From Amoebophrya sp. A120 (Eukaryota; Protista; Dinoflagellata), in the NCBI GenBank assembly GCA_905178155.1, contig CAJINV010000016.1, positions 248,001 through 312,000 on the forward strand: DNA of 64,000 nucleotides. Reading direction: 5' to 3'. Positions 11,601 to 24,726 of this stretch are shown in pieces. Below the pieces are notes generated by a model. That model was not told where the DNA came from. It did no database searches and was given only the letters and a program-made list of their open reading frames with translations. The translations under genes were made by a program, and so were the position numbers. Positions within the stretch are counted from its first letter, which is position 1. Every line of letters starts with the position of its first letter.

Positions 11601-14600
11601 GTAGCAAATTGTTCCCCAAACACTGTAAAACGATCCGGAACCCGGTGACTCCTCATCAATTCCTCTACCGCCTCTGTGGACCATTCTTTTCCCCGCATGG
11701 TGCGCTGGTGCGGCGGCGGTGCAGTCCCTTCGTCTGCTTCGGAGACTGCTTCGTCGGCTTCGGAAAATGTTTCTGCTTCAGCTCCAGCACTTCTGGATAA
11801 AGGTAATGAAGCGGGAGTGGACGAGGGTCGTGGCCCCCGACGTCCACCTCTAGTAGTTCTAGTTTCGCTCGAGGTAGGCACGGCGGCAGCACTAGCACTG
11901 CTAACGTCGTCACCTCGGTCTCGTGCAACACTGTACCTCCCCACAACTTCTGGGTCCCGTACCTGCTCTACCCGGGGACGACTCAGAGAACCCCGAGGAG
12001 GGCTGCCTGGTAGTACTGCAGCCGTGTCTCGTCCGTGGAGTGCACACTCCTCCACGGAGATGGGGTCGTGTTGGTGTCCCTGTTGATAAAAAGAGCGCAC
12101 ATATTCACTTTCACCCTCATCTTCGCCGTCGCTGTCATCATCTGAATCCATCCAATCTGCCCAGGATGGCCTTGTCGACGGAATAGCCGCTAGCCCCAGA
12201 GCAAACGTTGGATTTTCGCCAGGCTCTATTTCGAAATGGTCTGACGCAGGAGCTTCAGGCTCGACTTGATGCCCGCCCACAGGAGCTGCTGATGCTGCAG
12301 GCGCAGCAGGAGCAGCAGCCGGGCCAACATAATCCCCCTTATGATGCACCGCACTGCTGGCCTCCGCCACGTCATCTAGTGTCTTCCAAAGTGCCGCACG
12401 ATTCCTCTTCGAAGAACTTCTTTTGTCGATCGAAGCCTCCGTCCGTCGTCCCCCTGCGCCACCCACAGGAGCGCTGGCGGTGCGCCTTTTGCTTTTAACG
12501 CGCAGCCGACTCTTTGATCGCCGGTCCTTCTCCCTCCCCGTGGTTCGCAGCGGCTGCGCCACAAGAGCTTTACCGCGGGTGGGAGACCTGCCGCGAGGTT
12601 GCGTTGTTCTCGTCTGTGGTCCTTGATGTGTGGATTTACGTCTTTGACCGCCAAGATGAACAGGTGGAGTCTCTACTTGCGGAGGAGCAGCAGGCGAGCT
12701 GCTCCTTCTTCTCCGCCGACTAGCGCGTCGCGGAGCTCCGCCGCCTTCTGAGGAGGCTGCGCGAGTAGCTTTACCGGTAGAAATCGATCTCGATTCCCTA
12801 CTTGTTGCCGATGATCGGTCTTCACCACTCCGGAAATAGCTTCGCGCGCCCTCCGAATTTCGATGCTGCGTCGCGGACGCGGTCGTGGCAGCTGCTGGTA
12901 GATCATTTTTTTCAACATCAGATGCCTCACTCGCACCATCTTCCATATCGCACGACGCTGTTGACCTCCGAAAGAATTTGCTGTCCCATTCCCCAAAGGG
13001 GCGAAACGTGGGCGGGATGCTGCTTGCCGCGACCCCAGTGGAGATTCCTCCGGAAGGATCCCACCCGTGCCTCGTCCGAGAATGCTCGGCCTGCCACTCC
13101 GGCCTCAGCGGCTGCGAAATTGGATAGTGCGGTAGATGTTGATGTTGAAGGGGCGCCTGCATAACTTCTCCAGTACTACTGGTAGCCATAGCATCGTCCC
13201 TACTTGTGTTGACCAACCACACAAACTGCCGCCATGGCATATAATCGGCCGCGTGGTCGGGACCAACTTCTGTTGGTCGGGAGCAACTGGCGCACGAACC
13301 CGCGGCCGAAAACGCTGGCGTGGTGGTGCCTGCAGGGGGCGCAGTAGGTGCAGCTCGCCCGGGACTGTATGGCACCTCTTCACCTGCTGCCCCTGCGGCG
13401 CTAGCAGCGGTCCTTCTTCGCAGCTTCAACTCCGTGTCATACCGCCCCGAAAACTCCTCCAGAACACTTTCTCGCACCTTCGTCATTTCCGCCGCCGCGC
13501 GCGGCCACAGTTTTTGTAACAACAGCCCCGTCTCCCACCTGGAAACCCGGGGAAGGAAAGTTCGCGCAAGTTGCTTCACCACTTTTGACCCACCAGTCTC
13601 GCCCCCGGCTCCCAGGGGCAGTACTTCTCCGCGCGGCGTCTGCATGGCTCCGTGAATAACGCCACTGACCGTGATGGAGTGGAGTAAAGCGGTTTTTTCT
13701 CGGGTGGTGCTCGCAAATAGCAATGGTTCCAGGACAAACGCGAAGAAGAGCTGCAGCAGGGCAGAAGTAGCGGCACTCTGCAAAATCGACTCACTCGACC
13801 ACCACGAGGGTGCGTGTGTGGCAGTCGGGGGCTGAGGAACTGTTTTGGGTCTGTGGCGATCGCGGAGAAATAGCAACATTTTTTGCACAACTTCTTCCCG
13901 GCCTGCTCGAGTCGTGTAGTCGCCCTCTAGAAGTCCACCTCCTCCCTCCACTCGCATTCCTGGCTGCGGCGTGGCTCCTGCTGCTGCGCTAGTTGAACAA
14001 GAACTTGTACCTGCGGGTGCAAGATATTTCTCGTAGAATCCGTGGATAAGGAGCAAAAGCTCAAAGGATTCTGGCGATGCTGTTCTTGCCACCATCAACC
14101 CAGAAGTAGTAGCCCTAGTCTGTGCAGCAATATTTGCCCTGCTGCGACGAGACGACGTAACTCTCTTTGGCTTTCTGTGTTCAAACAAGAACAACACTCC
14201 GTATTGGGAAAGCCACGTCCGCGCAGCGACGTACAGCTCTGCTAGGAGTCTGTGGTATCAAATGCAAAAATGTCTGGATCTGGAAGATTCCGGGATTTGT
14301 GATGCATATTTTGTGTGATCCATGACGCATGTAATGCATGGTCTAGCATCACAGATTTTTAGAGGGCTTCCTGATGCCTATTCCAATTCCGCATGAGAAA
14401 TGCCCTGTCCGCGTAACATAAACTGGAGTCCTGTTGTTGGTCATGCAATACAGATTTTTTCGGAATCCAAAGACAGCATGACAAGTTCTAATCTTCCAGA
14501 CCCAGACATTTTTGCATTTGATATGCGGCGGTTCGGAACGACGATATGCGGAGGAGCTACAGGAGTGGGAGTATCATGATGCGCAGTAGTACTAGCAGCT

Positions 14601-17243
14601 CTTTGTGTAGTACTAGCAGCGGCTGCACCTGCAGCATGCTCTTCGCTGTCGCCAGCATTCGACACGTTTGGAACAAAAGAAAGCGCTCCATCCTTCCAAG
14701 CAGGGTGCGTGAGGAAGAAATTCTCGAAGTTCTCGGCTGCAACAAATTTTGACTGGTCCGCCAGCTGCTGCTCCAGAACAGTTTCGCCTTGCACACGACC
14801 CTGCTGCGTCGAAGGAGCTAAGTCACCCCCTCTAGTACTTCTACTCCGCTCGATCGCATGCAGAGACAAAACTACTTCGTACTTCCTCAGTTGCCTGCTC
14901 CGCAACTTCGCGGGGACGAAATGCTTGGAGTAGCTATCCAGAAATGCACAGCCTTTGTGGTCCCGCAACTGCCCCAGTTTCTTCAGCATCCGCCGACGGA
15001 TGGAGGACTCGGTGGAGAGAGGGTCGACGACGGCTTTAGTGCCGATTATATCTTGCTTAAACACCGTGTAGATTAAGTGTGACACGTAGCTGTGCGCGGA
15101 TTTCCTGATCTTTTTTGGTCTCCTCAACATCCGGTCTCGATCTTCCATTTTTGGTGGCTGGCGTGTCAGAATTTCCTCCAAAGCGAAAACAAAGTCTCCG
15201 CTGTCAGTGTAGTAGCCAGTGACGGACCGTTTCAAAATTTCAGTAACCTTGGAGATTCGTCCAGATTCAGCAGCAGCAGCTCCCAGATTCAGCCAGGAGG
15301 GGAACGCTCCTGCCACCGGAGCGTGCTGTCGTTGCACCCGTTGGCGTTGCGATTGCGAAGCAGCAACACTATAATCTTCGTCTGCACCTCTTACAAGAAC
15401 CCCATTCTTGTCCACCGCAGCGCGCAAAGAGTCCAAAAACTTGAGAAACGATGCTTGCATGAGAAAGATCCGGGGGTCTAATTTCAGGTGGATCTTGTTC
15501 GTGTTTTCGTCCAGCTTGAGAGACTCCAAGATCGAGTCTGAGCGCTGCCGCCCCGCTTTTACCAAAACGGAGTGAAGTTTGTCCAACAGCTGGTAAATCC
15601 GGTGTTGTACGTGTCGAAGCTTCGACGCCGTGGTCCTCCCAGATGACTTTTTAGACCTTCGGGTGGAAATAAATACCTGCGCGGCCGCTCCCCGAACAGA
15701 CCGCCCCGCGCCGCCCCTTCGCATGTTCAGCATGTCGTTGGTGCTGGGCATCCGGGCGACAACGCTGGTGGCGTCAACACTAACACTTCTGGGAGCAGTA
15801 GAAGTCGAAGCACGCATGGCCTCGTACAACGCTGTCAGAACATCGGTCTTCTCTGTCTCGTGCTGCGCACCTCCAGGTCTACTTCCCACAGGACCACCTT
15901 GCGCCGCTCCATGATAACTGCTCGCTGCAGATGAAGATCCAACACCTGGTTGAAAACCCCCCGAGTAGAAGCTCTGCGCTGCTTCCCTTCCATCCGCGAC
16001 GACGTGGCTGAAAATTTCTTTATTCTCCAGATTCAGTTGCATGAAGATTTCGGAATCCATATCCTGAGTAAAAACGTCCCCACCCCATAGTCAAGATGGG
16101 GATTTTGCAACACAAACCTGGAAGTTTTGGGACTCATGCATCACAAGTTGCAGTCCGTAGTGTAGTGCAGGTTAGCAAGGGCAAACGCATCAAAAATCCA
16201 TCTGATTATCCTGGTTGCAGCATTACAAATGCCAAAACACGACTAGAAATTCCTCTCATGGAGATGCCCATTACAACTGTTCCTGTCATTGCAAATCTGC
16301 ATGACAACTCGGGGATGGGACGTTTTTACAAATGATAATCCAGGGCAGCCGAAACGGAAGTCGAGCTAGAAATCGTCATATTCTTCGGATCAGCCAAGTG
16401 CCCAAATTCCGCCTTGTGTTCGCGGAAGATATGGAAGCGTCAGGTTTGAAATCCTCAAAGTTGAAATAATCTGTAATGCATAAAATGCATGACCCGAGGT
16501 ATGTGTGTTGCAGAGCAGGCAAGTGAGGCCGATTGTAAGCCTGTTTGGGGTTACAGCTCGAGCTGCTAAAGTAACACGAGAAAATCACTCTTCTTTGCCT
16601 AAACAGCATGACAAACTGGATTTAGGGACCGCCGAAATTTGTCATGCCCCACTTGGAAACTGGGTTCCAACTGGCGTCCACTTTATGCATGACAAATTAT
16701 TTCAACTTTGTCGATTTCAACTACTCTGACACATCCATAGAAGAGCCAGGTGACGTAGAGCTCGATCAAGCCCTGCAGATCCTGGTCCGCCTGGGTTGGC
16801 AAAATCGCGGCTTCCACCTCGTCAACCGACCAGAGCGGAATCTTATTTCTCGGTGCATCTTGATCTTGCTGCTGGAGGTACTGTGCTGCTTCTACTTGTC
16901 GTGCTCCTGGTCCACCTTCACCGGGTTCGGACGAGGCCGGTGCTGGGGCACGACCACGCTGATCAACATGGGAAGACGCCTTTTTTTTTGATGTAAAACT
17001 ACCTCCCACACCAGCGGGCGGTCCCGTAGCGGGTAGGGGAACGCCGATCCGAGCCGCGGAGGCCGCAGCGGCGGCATACGTCGCTGGACGTCGGGGTGGA
17101 GACCTTCTTGCTGCTGCACTTGGAGATCGTGCAAAAGCTCCCGCACCTGCGGCCGCAGCCCCGAAGATGGGTACGTGGGGGAAGAAGGATGTCAGGAGCA
17201 AAACGGAAAATGTAAAGAGCAGCTGCACCATCACGCTGCACAT
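5657..17243 (-). CDS. Giant (~3,425 aa) low-complexity protein with a signal-peptide-like N-terminus; 6 exons split by 5 introners
   Basis: Removing 315, 283, 273, 283 and 155 nt (element plus one DR) joins ORFs 16683-17261, a short exon, 14441-16060, 8372-14197, 6817-8160 and 5657-6748 in frame. Junctions: TWLF|REHK, AALD|SEIF, NRR|RLLA, MAHY|EGSR, VEA|PAAP. Starts MCSVMVQLLFTFSVLLLTSFF. Confidence 0.85.
6707..6856. mobile_element. Introner family A (non-canonical intron)
   Basis: TIR tatNNNNtgyaaaagtatcgtact; DR gcttc/gcttc; removing 155 nt restores frame. Confidence 0.92.
8213..8490. mobile_element. Introner family C
   Basis: TIR tatcctNNgtaaaaacgtccccac; DR cgtaa/cgtaa; removing 283 nt restores frame. 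Confidence 0.92.
14256..14523. mobile_element. Introner family B
   Basis: TIR tatcaaatgcaaaaatgtctggRtctggaagatt; DR tgtgg/tgcgg; 273 nt, in frame. Confidence 0.92.
16060..16337. mobile_element. Introner family C (opposite orientation to 8213)
   Basis: TIR tatc..gtaaaaacgtccc; DR atcca/atcca; 283 nt, restores frame. Confidence 0.92.
16430..16739. mobile_element. Introner family D
   Basis: TIR tatgga..gtcag..ttgaaatc..caaagttgaaataat; DR gaaga/gaaga; 315 nt, in frame. Confidence 0.92.
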
Positions 17244-18100
17244 GTTGCGTCTCTGCAACAACTACGCAAGAGCTCCTTGATCCCGTCTTTATGTATGTTC
17301 TCTAGTTATTCTCGCGATTGATAAATATGCTAAATTAAGTAAGGAGATTGCGTCGTGTAGGGGTCGAAATGAGAATTGACGAATTTATAATCGGTAACAC
17401 CACAACTAGGAGTATCTCTTGTCCGACAATGTAATAAAGGCACAATGATTACATGAGTGGGCGAAAACGAAATAAACAGACAGACATGAACGACGGCACT
17501 AACCATCAACTTGAACTTTTTCTGTACAACTCAGATAGTGGCCGAGACTGTCAAATACTGGCATAGCACGAACAGTTTAGGTTTTGCAAGTTTGAATTTG
17601 GATTTAAAAAACTCTTCGAATAATTCGTAAGTGCGTACACTTGCCGTCGTTTTTTATTTCTCTACCGCTACGAATCAACTAGAAGCGATGTTAAAATTTG
17701 CTTTGTCGCGGATCAAAAACGCTTTACAATTACATACAGATACAAGTCATGAAAGCATCACAGGTTGCGTTTTCTCACCAAAGCTCAAGCATCAATCGTC
17801 CACGGACTCGTCGACACTGCTGGAAGGTCAATTAGAAGAAACTCAATAAAGGGCCGGCATGCTCATGATACAACAACTCGGGCACTTAAAGAACTTACTT
17901 TGTCGACAACGGACGGATCGATTTGGAAGATCGTTCGGCGGTAGCAAGCTGGCTCCGTTTCATCTGTTCTTCTTGTTCACGATGACTTGACTTGACGACA
18001 TAATGCCTATTTATTACATAATACATTCATCGGATTTCGATCGTCTTCTTCTTCCTTCCTGCGTACTCTTTTACTCGTATGTCCGAATCAAAATGGATGA

Positions 18101-18490
18101 TCAAGATCGCATTTTCGCATATCAGAAATACCGATCTTTCATCCAAGACAAGAACCAGGGTGGTAAAAACAACATAATTTTGTGATCCTTACAACGCTCG
18201 TTCTTGATCCTCCTCTTCCAGAAGATCTGACTTTTTTCCAGTTCGACGGTTTTTCAATCCTCGTTCGAGTTGTGATCTTCAGATGAGGATGCAGTTCTAC
18301 TATACCGATGTCGAGCAGTTGTATTTTCACTTTATCTGTTCACGGGGGAGGCAGCAGCTGGACTTGTGGCCACATCTACAAAATCAAAATCCGAGCTGTT
18401 TGGAACAATAAGAAAGTGGGCGAGAATGGAGGATAAATGCGATTCGAAAGATAAACAGATTGGGTTTGCAAGATCCAGATGAACACGAGG
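18101..18490. repeat. Dispersed ~0.4-kb direct repeat, copy 2
   Basis: Colinear with 4042-4440. Confidence 0.85.
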
Positions 18491-18719
18491 ACTGCGACGA
18501 CCAACGAAACTGCCCACGTTGCCGAGTTGTCACCCGCAACGACATTTTTGAAGGCGTATATACCTTTTGACAATTACAAACATGATGGTGATACAGGGGA
18601 AATCATAATTCTTGATGTCCATGTCCTCGTCTTTCAAATTCATACACCTGCGGCGTACAAATATTACAGCCGGAAAATTTCTTCTATTCTATAGCTCTTC
18701 CGAAAAGAAGCAACTGACT

Positions 18720-21700
18720 GAGCCCAGACCTCTTGTAAAAACAAATTGTCATGCGCAACAAGCCCGAGACTTTTCTTCGAGAAGAGGCACAGACGAGACA
18801 CGAACGCGATGCTTACGGAAAAGTTCGAATTTAGTTAATTGTAAAAAAAGAATGAAAAAAAATAAAAATCGGTGATGACACTTACAAGAAAAACCTAAAT
18901 CAGGGGACAACGCAAATTCTTCGTTCACAACTGGGGTACAGCCGATACCTGGAAAACCCAAGAAGCGTGAGCTTGATCTTCGCTTAGACAAGACATTGTG
19001 GCTCTGGCTTTGCGTCTCCTTATCGCTATAGGAAATGTTGAGGAAAGCTAAAGTTTGCAAACTTAAATCTTCAGAGATGTCATAGTCTATCTCCGAGCTG
19101 AGTTTTGTCCGGAAAAAGATTGTCGCACTGGATAAATTCGAGTACGACGACAACAAGTCGGCTGTAAAAAAACGCTTCTCGGAAGATAGAAAACCTCTAC
19201 TACGGCGCTTCTCCGATAATTCCTGTTTCGTACTTGATGTTCGCTTCTCCCCATTTCTGCTTCTCTCCTTTCGGACAGGCAAAGACGGCTACAGACTGCT
19301 ACAACATCATGCGAAGGGGGATACCCATTCTCACAAACGTCGCAACTGATGTCTGGTCTCGCTGTTTTCGTAGTTAAACTAGCAAATAGAAATAGTGCTT
19401 CTACCTCTTGTTCTACTCCTGTTGGTTTTGCTCGAATTTTCAATCTCTCTCTTCCTTGCGACCACCGTGCTTCTACTACAGCTGCAAGATGAAGGGATCG
19501 AAAGACAAATAAAGCTACTGCTACGTCGAGGTTGTGACGTTGTTGAAGCTTTCAAGTTTTAAAACACTAAATCTAGCGTATCAAAACCGCGAAGAAAAAG
19601 AAAGAGACGCCAAGGATCTCCTGGAAACCCAAGGCAATGCTCTCCATTCACTTTCTTAAGCAGTCCAGGCACAAAAAAATAAAACATAACATGATAAATT
19701 AAAATTACTTGGTCGAGATACAATTATGCTTCTTTGCTTTGTTGAAAATGGAATGCAGATAAATATTGCCAGTGAGTTCTTTTTGTTTCTGATTAATTTT
19801 GACGAACAAATTTATGAAAATCACAAAGTATAGTCCTTTTCTCAACGTGAGAAAAAGCCCCTAAGTGCGCGCAACCTTGCAAAAACAAGTCAAGCGCAAG
19901 CCAGAGGTTTTTCTCCGAAATAGTGCGAGGACGAGAAAACGATTGAAATGAATACAGAAAAATTAAAATTCGACTTAGAAACTACTTAATCATAAAAGAT
20001 AACGAACTGAAATAAAATCAAAGGAAATATAAAAAAAAATGTAAATCACGGGACAATACAAGGACTTAACAACTGGGGCACAGCCGCTGCCTGAACAACC
20101 CAAGAAACGTGAGCTTGATCGGCGCTAAGACAAGACGTTGTGGCTCTGGCTTCAGATCTCCTTATCGGTGAGAAAAAGGTGTTGATGGGACTTCGAAGTT
20201 CGCAAATGTAATAAAGCTTCGGAGGGCTCCTCATAGTGCGCTGTCTTTGAACTGGCATTTGTGCGCAGAAAAAGAATTCAGAACTAGAATGCCAATACAA
20301 CGACAATAAGTCGGCTTGATTACACCAATGCAAACGCTTCTTGGAAGATAGAAGACGACAAAGTTGTCAATATTCCTACAGCGCCTCTTCAAAAAATATT
20401 GCTACTTCGTACTTCATCCACTTAGTTTTTCCCTATTTCTCGCCTCCTCGCCCCCTTTCTGCCTGGCCAGCGCTACAGACTGATACATCATGCGAAAGGG
20501 GGATACCCATTCACACGCGACAGATATCTTGCCTTGGCGTTTTCATTAAACTAGTAAGTAGGACCACTTCTAAACCCTCTTTCGCCACTCCTTCCACGCT
20601 GTTTTTCCATCTCTTCTCCCTTGCTTTTGTGATGAAAATACAGCTACGGTTGGCGACTTTGGAGATTTCAAGTTTCGAGGTGGTCTAGCTTTAGAAACCA
20701 CGACAAGCGAGAAAGAGACGCCAAGGGCTTCTCAAAAACCCAAGGCAATGCTCTCTATTCACATTCTCAAGCAATACAGACACAAAAGAATAAATTAATA
20801 CATTGAAAACACAAAAGAATAAATACATGACGATACAAAACTTTTTTGGATGGATTGATGAAGATATGGAGATAAGTAGTGACTTCTTTTTGTTTCTGAT
20901 TGTTTAATTTTGACGAACAACAAAAAATTCTGATAAACGAAAAATGGTGCGTTGTGAGAAAAAGCATCTAACCAAGCGCCGATTTGCAAAAACAAGTCAA
21001 GCGCAAGCCAGAGCTTTCTTTTCGAGAGGTGGCACAGACACGACACGAACACGGCGAAAATGGGGGGATTCGACGTCTACTCAGTTGAAAAAGAAAAAGA
21101 ATGGAAAAATGATCGACGATGATATGGAGGAACTTTAAAAAAAATAATAAATGTAAATCAGGGGACAACACACAAACATAGTACTCGGGGCCCAGCAATT
21201 GCCTGACCGAGCCGAGGAACATCGGCTCGATCTGCGCAAAAGCATTTTGTGGCTTTGGCTTTGCGTCCTTGTATCGGTGAGGAAATGCTGCGGAGGGTTT
21301 GAAGTTCGCAAATAGAAATCTTCGCCGGAGAGGTCATAGTTTTCGAACTGAGTCTTGTGAAGATTGTAGCCCAAGCACTGGAATACCCGTACAACAAGTC
21401 GGTTTGATAGAAATAACGCAAGCGATCGGAAGATACAGATAGCAGAGCTGGACGAAGACGAACGCAAAAATATTTTTGATGCGCCGCCTTATTTTCAATC
21501 TTTCTACTTTGTGACAGTGACTCCTCTTAGTTTTCCCTCATTTCCCGTCCCCTTTCTGTTGGCCAATGCTACAGACTGCTACAATATGCAAAGGGGGGCG
21601 CCCGTGTTCGCCAACGTCGCAGTGGATGTCTTGTCTTGATGTTTTCGTTAAAGTAGTATGTATCTCGAACGGGCGTGCGCAGACATCTAGTATATAGCAG

Positions 21701-24060
21701 CTACAACTCGCACCTTTTGCTCTACTGCTTTTGCAAAGGTTTTCCATCTCTCATCTACTCTTGCTTTTGTACTTGTACCTACTGCAGCCGCAGAAGGCGA
21801 CCAAAATACAGCAACGCTGAGAAGGGTTGGCGAAATTGAAAATTCAAAGTTTGTTTCATGTAGTGCTTGCTATACTAGATCTAGCTATCGAAACCGCGAA
21901 GAAAAAGAAAGAGGCGCCCGGGGCTTCTTAAACACGCGCGGCAATGCTCGTCTCCGTTGACGCCCTCAGGACATCAGCCCAGGCACAAAAAAAATAAAAT
22001 ATGACTTTGTCGAGATACAATATTTTTTTGACTTAATGGAATGAGGGTCGATGAAGAATGCTTACTTCTTTTTGTTTCTGATTAATTTTGACGAACAAAT
22101 TGCGAAAACCGAAAAAAGCGCTCGCCTTCTCGAGGAGGAAAGAAGGAAAAGCGACTGACCGAGCGCCCACTTGCAAAAACAAGTCAAGCGCAAGGCAGAG
22201 CTGTTTCTTCGAGATGAGGCACAGACAGGACACGAGCGCCATGAATACGGAAAAACCCGAAAAAATTACTTAAATAATATATTGATTGTAAAGGACAAAG
22301 TGGAAAAATAGAGTTGCAAAAAAAGCAAAAAAAAACTAAATGTATAAAATCAGGAGACAACTTAAATACTTAACAACTGAGGCGCAGCTGTTGCCTGGAG
22401 AACCCGAGAAGCGTGCGCTTGGTCTCCGCCTAGACAAAACATTGTGGCTTTGGCTTTCCCTCTCTTTGTCGACGCTGAGAAAATGTTGCGGAAAGCTTAC
22501 GTTCGCAAATCCAAATCTTCGGAGAGGCAGGTCATGCTTTATCGTTGAGCTGGCCTTTGTGCGCAAAAAGATTGCAGCACTAAAACGACAGCAGCACAAC
22601 GACGACAAGTCGGCTTGATTACAAAAATGCGACCGCTTGCTGGAAGACAGAAGGCGGCGAAGGTGTCACTAGTTTTTCAGCGCCTCTTCGACTATTCTTA
22701 CTCCGTACTTCATCTCAACACTTCCTCATTTCTCGTCTCCTTTCTGAGTGAATGGCCAGCGCTACAGACTGCGACTTCATGCGAAGGGAGATACCCATGC
22801 GCGCAAACGTCGCAGCGAATGTCTTCTTGCCTTGGTGTTCTCGGCGGAATTGAAACAGTACTACGTAAAAAGCAGCGCTCTAATTATATACGCCTTGCTC
22901 TGCTACTTCTGGTTCTAGTACACTTGACACTGTTATAATAATATCTCTCTCTTGCCTCTGTTCAACTTACTTGATGTTCCTTATTGAACCACTACGGCAC
23001 CCGCAAGAAGAGATCAAAATCTTTGGTTGGGTTGGTGGCGTTGAAGATTTCAGTTTTTTTCATAGTAGTAAATCCAGCTATCGAAACCGCGAAGAAAAAG
23101 AAAGAGACGCCAAGGATTCCTTGAAAACTCAAGGCAGTGCTCTCCATTCACGTTCTCGAGCAGTCCAGGTAAAAGAAAACATGACTATTCGGTCGAGATA
23201 CAACACTTCTACGCTTTGAAAATGCACTTCAGATAAAGGTTGCCACTACGAATAGTGCACTCTTTTTGTTTCTGATTAATTTTGATGAAAAAATTTCGAA
23301 AAACGAAAAACGCAGTTGTTCTTTCGGGATGAAACATAGAAACTAACGGAGCGCCGAATGGCAAAAACAAGTCAAGCGCAAGTCAGAGAATTTTCCTCGG
23401 CACGACGCACAGAGGCTCATGGGGCGAGTTCATCATGAAAATAAAAATAAAAATTAAAAAAAGCGAAAAAGTAATGACAGAGATATGTGAAAACGGACAC
23501 CAAAACTGCTTCACGACTGGCGCACTGCCGTTGCCTGAAGAATCCGGACAGCGTGAGTTTGATCTGCGCTGTGACAAGAAATCGGTGTGGCTTTGGCTTT
23601 GCATCTTTTCGTCGCTGAGAAAATGTTGAAAAAAAGTCGCAAACCCAAACTGTGCCTTTCGGAGAGCTTTTAGGTTTCGGAGTCACTGTTGCGCAAGGGC
23701 AAGCCCAAGACAAAATTGACTGTAGCAGTAGGAGTAGCAATTATAAAATACTACTACAACGTGCTCCGCGGCTTGAATAGAGTCGGAAATTGGCAGTATG
23801 TGGATGTCTATATCAGAATACGCAGATTGCATGAAATCAAGCAAAGTCTGATTTGAGAAAGAAAAACAAGGCGCCAATCTGATACATACGCTCGTACGAA
23901 AAAACAAATCGAACTCTCCGCGCCCGCGGCTTGAGTAAAATAATAGCAGCGCGCTGCCCCTTCAGCCGAAGCGGGGCGCCCATGCTCGCGGGCGTCGCAC
24001 TGGATGCTCGCAAGCGTGAGCATCTACTTGTTGGTGCTTATTTCGTTGCATTAGCTCTAG
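18720..24060. repeat. Degenerate tandem array of five ~1.1-1.2-kb units (possibly a decayed gene family)
   Basis: Anchor aaaacaagtcaagcgcaag at ~19882, ~20987, ~22175 and ~23363 (diverged at ~18737). Anchor aaaccgcgaagaaaaagaaagag(a/g)cgcc at ~19584, ~21891 and ~23084 (diverged at ~20695). Confidence 0.9.
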
Positions 24061-24147
24061 CTGTTGGACCGAATACCCGAACAAGAAAACGCATCAGAAA
24101 TTCGCCTCTGTAGGGTCGCCGACGCCGCCAGCGCCAGCGTTTGCTTT

Positions 24148-24726
24148 TTATAACTTGTGCCAAAATTCCTGGATTTGTTCGGCACTGTATTCGAGCGCCT
24201 GCAAAGCTGCTACCCGTCTCCGATCATCACTAGCAGACTGAGCACGCTCATCATGGACATCGACTACCCACGAGAAGGCAGAGTCGCCGCCGCTTTGAAA
24301 CTGGTCAAACGCTGCGCGAAGTTGAGCATGTTCAGGACCCGGCGCGCCCTCCTCTGATCCGCCCTTCTGTAAGCCGCTGCAGAAAGTTTTCTTGAGGAAT
24401 TTCGCCGCGTCTACAAGCACTCTCCGAAGCGCTTGCTTTTCGGCAGGCGCAGGCGAGTCGGTGATGGCGCTCCGTGCCATAGCAATGAAAGCGCGACGCT
24501 CCTTCGCCGCCGTCTCGCTAATCTTCTCCAGCACAGTTTGGGAGATTTTTTGTTCGACGAAGTTTAATACGTCGCGCGCCTGCCCATCCAATGTGCGGCG
24601 CACGACAATGAACGGGGCTACCCCTTGTTCTGTGGAGCTCCTGGAGGACACAGGCCCGCTGTCGGTTGTTAGCAATTCTTTTTTGGGCTGTCCAACTAAA
24701 ACTCCAGCTGCCGCGAACTTCTCCAA
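24148..24726 (-). CDS. Hypothetical helical protein, paralogous to the N-terminal part of 25726-29322
   Basis: LRRVLVDAAKFLK vs LRKVLVDAAHFLK; GDSAFSWVV vs GDSVYSRVV; VAALQALEYSA vs VEALQELEGSA. Start codon uncertain. Confidence 0.7.
   Translation of the reverse strand: MEKFAAAGVLVGQPKKELLTTDSGPVSSRSSTEQGVAPFIVVRRTLDGQARDVLNFVEQKISQTVLEKISETAAKERRAFIAMARSAITDSPAPAEKQALRRVLVDAAKFLKKTFCSGLQKGGSEEGAPGPEHAQLRAAFDQFQSGGDSAFSWVVDVHDERAQSASDDRRRVAALQALEYSAEQIQEFWHKL

Noticed and set aside
7120-15914. Numerous plus-strand ORFs overlapping the giant gene (likewise 48170-49159 and 52249-53100)
   Set aside because: They are antisense shadows of long minus-strand coding sequence with no independent support
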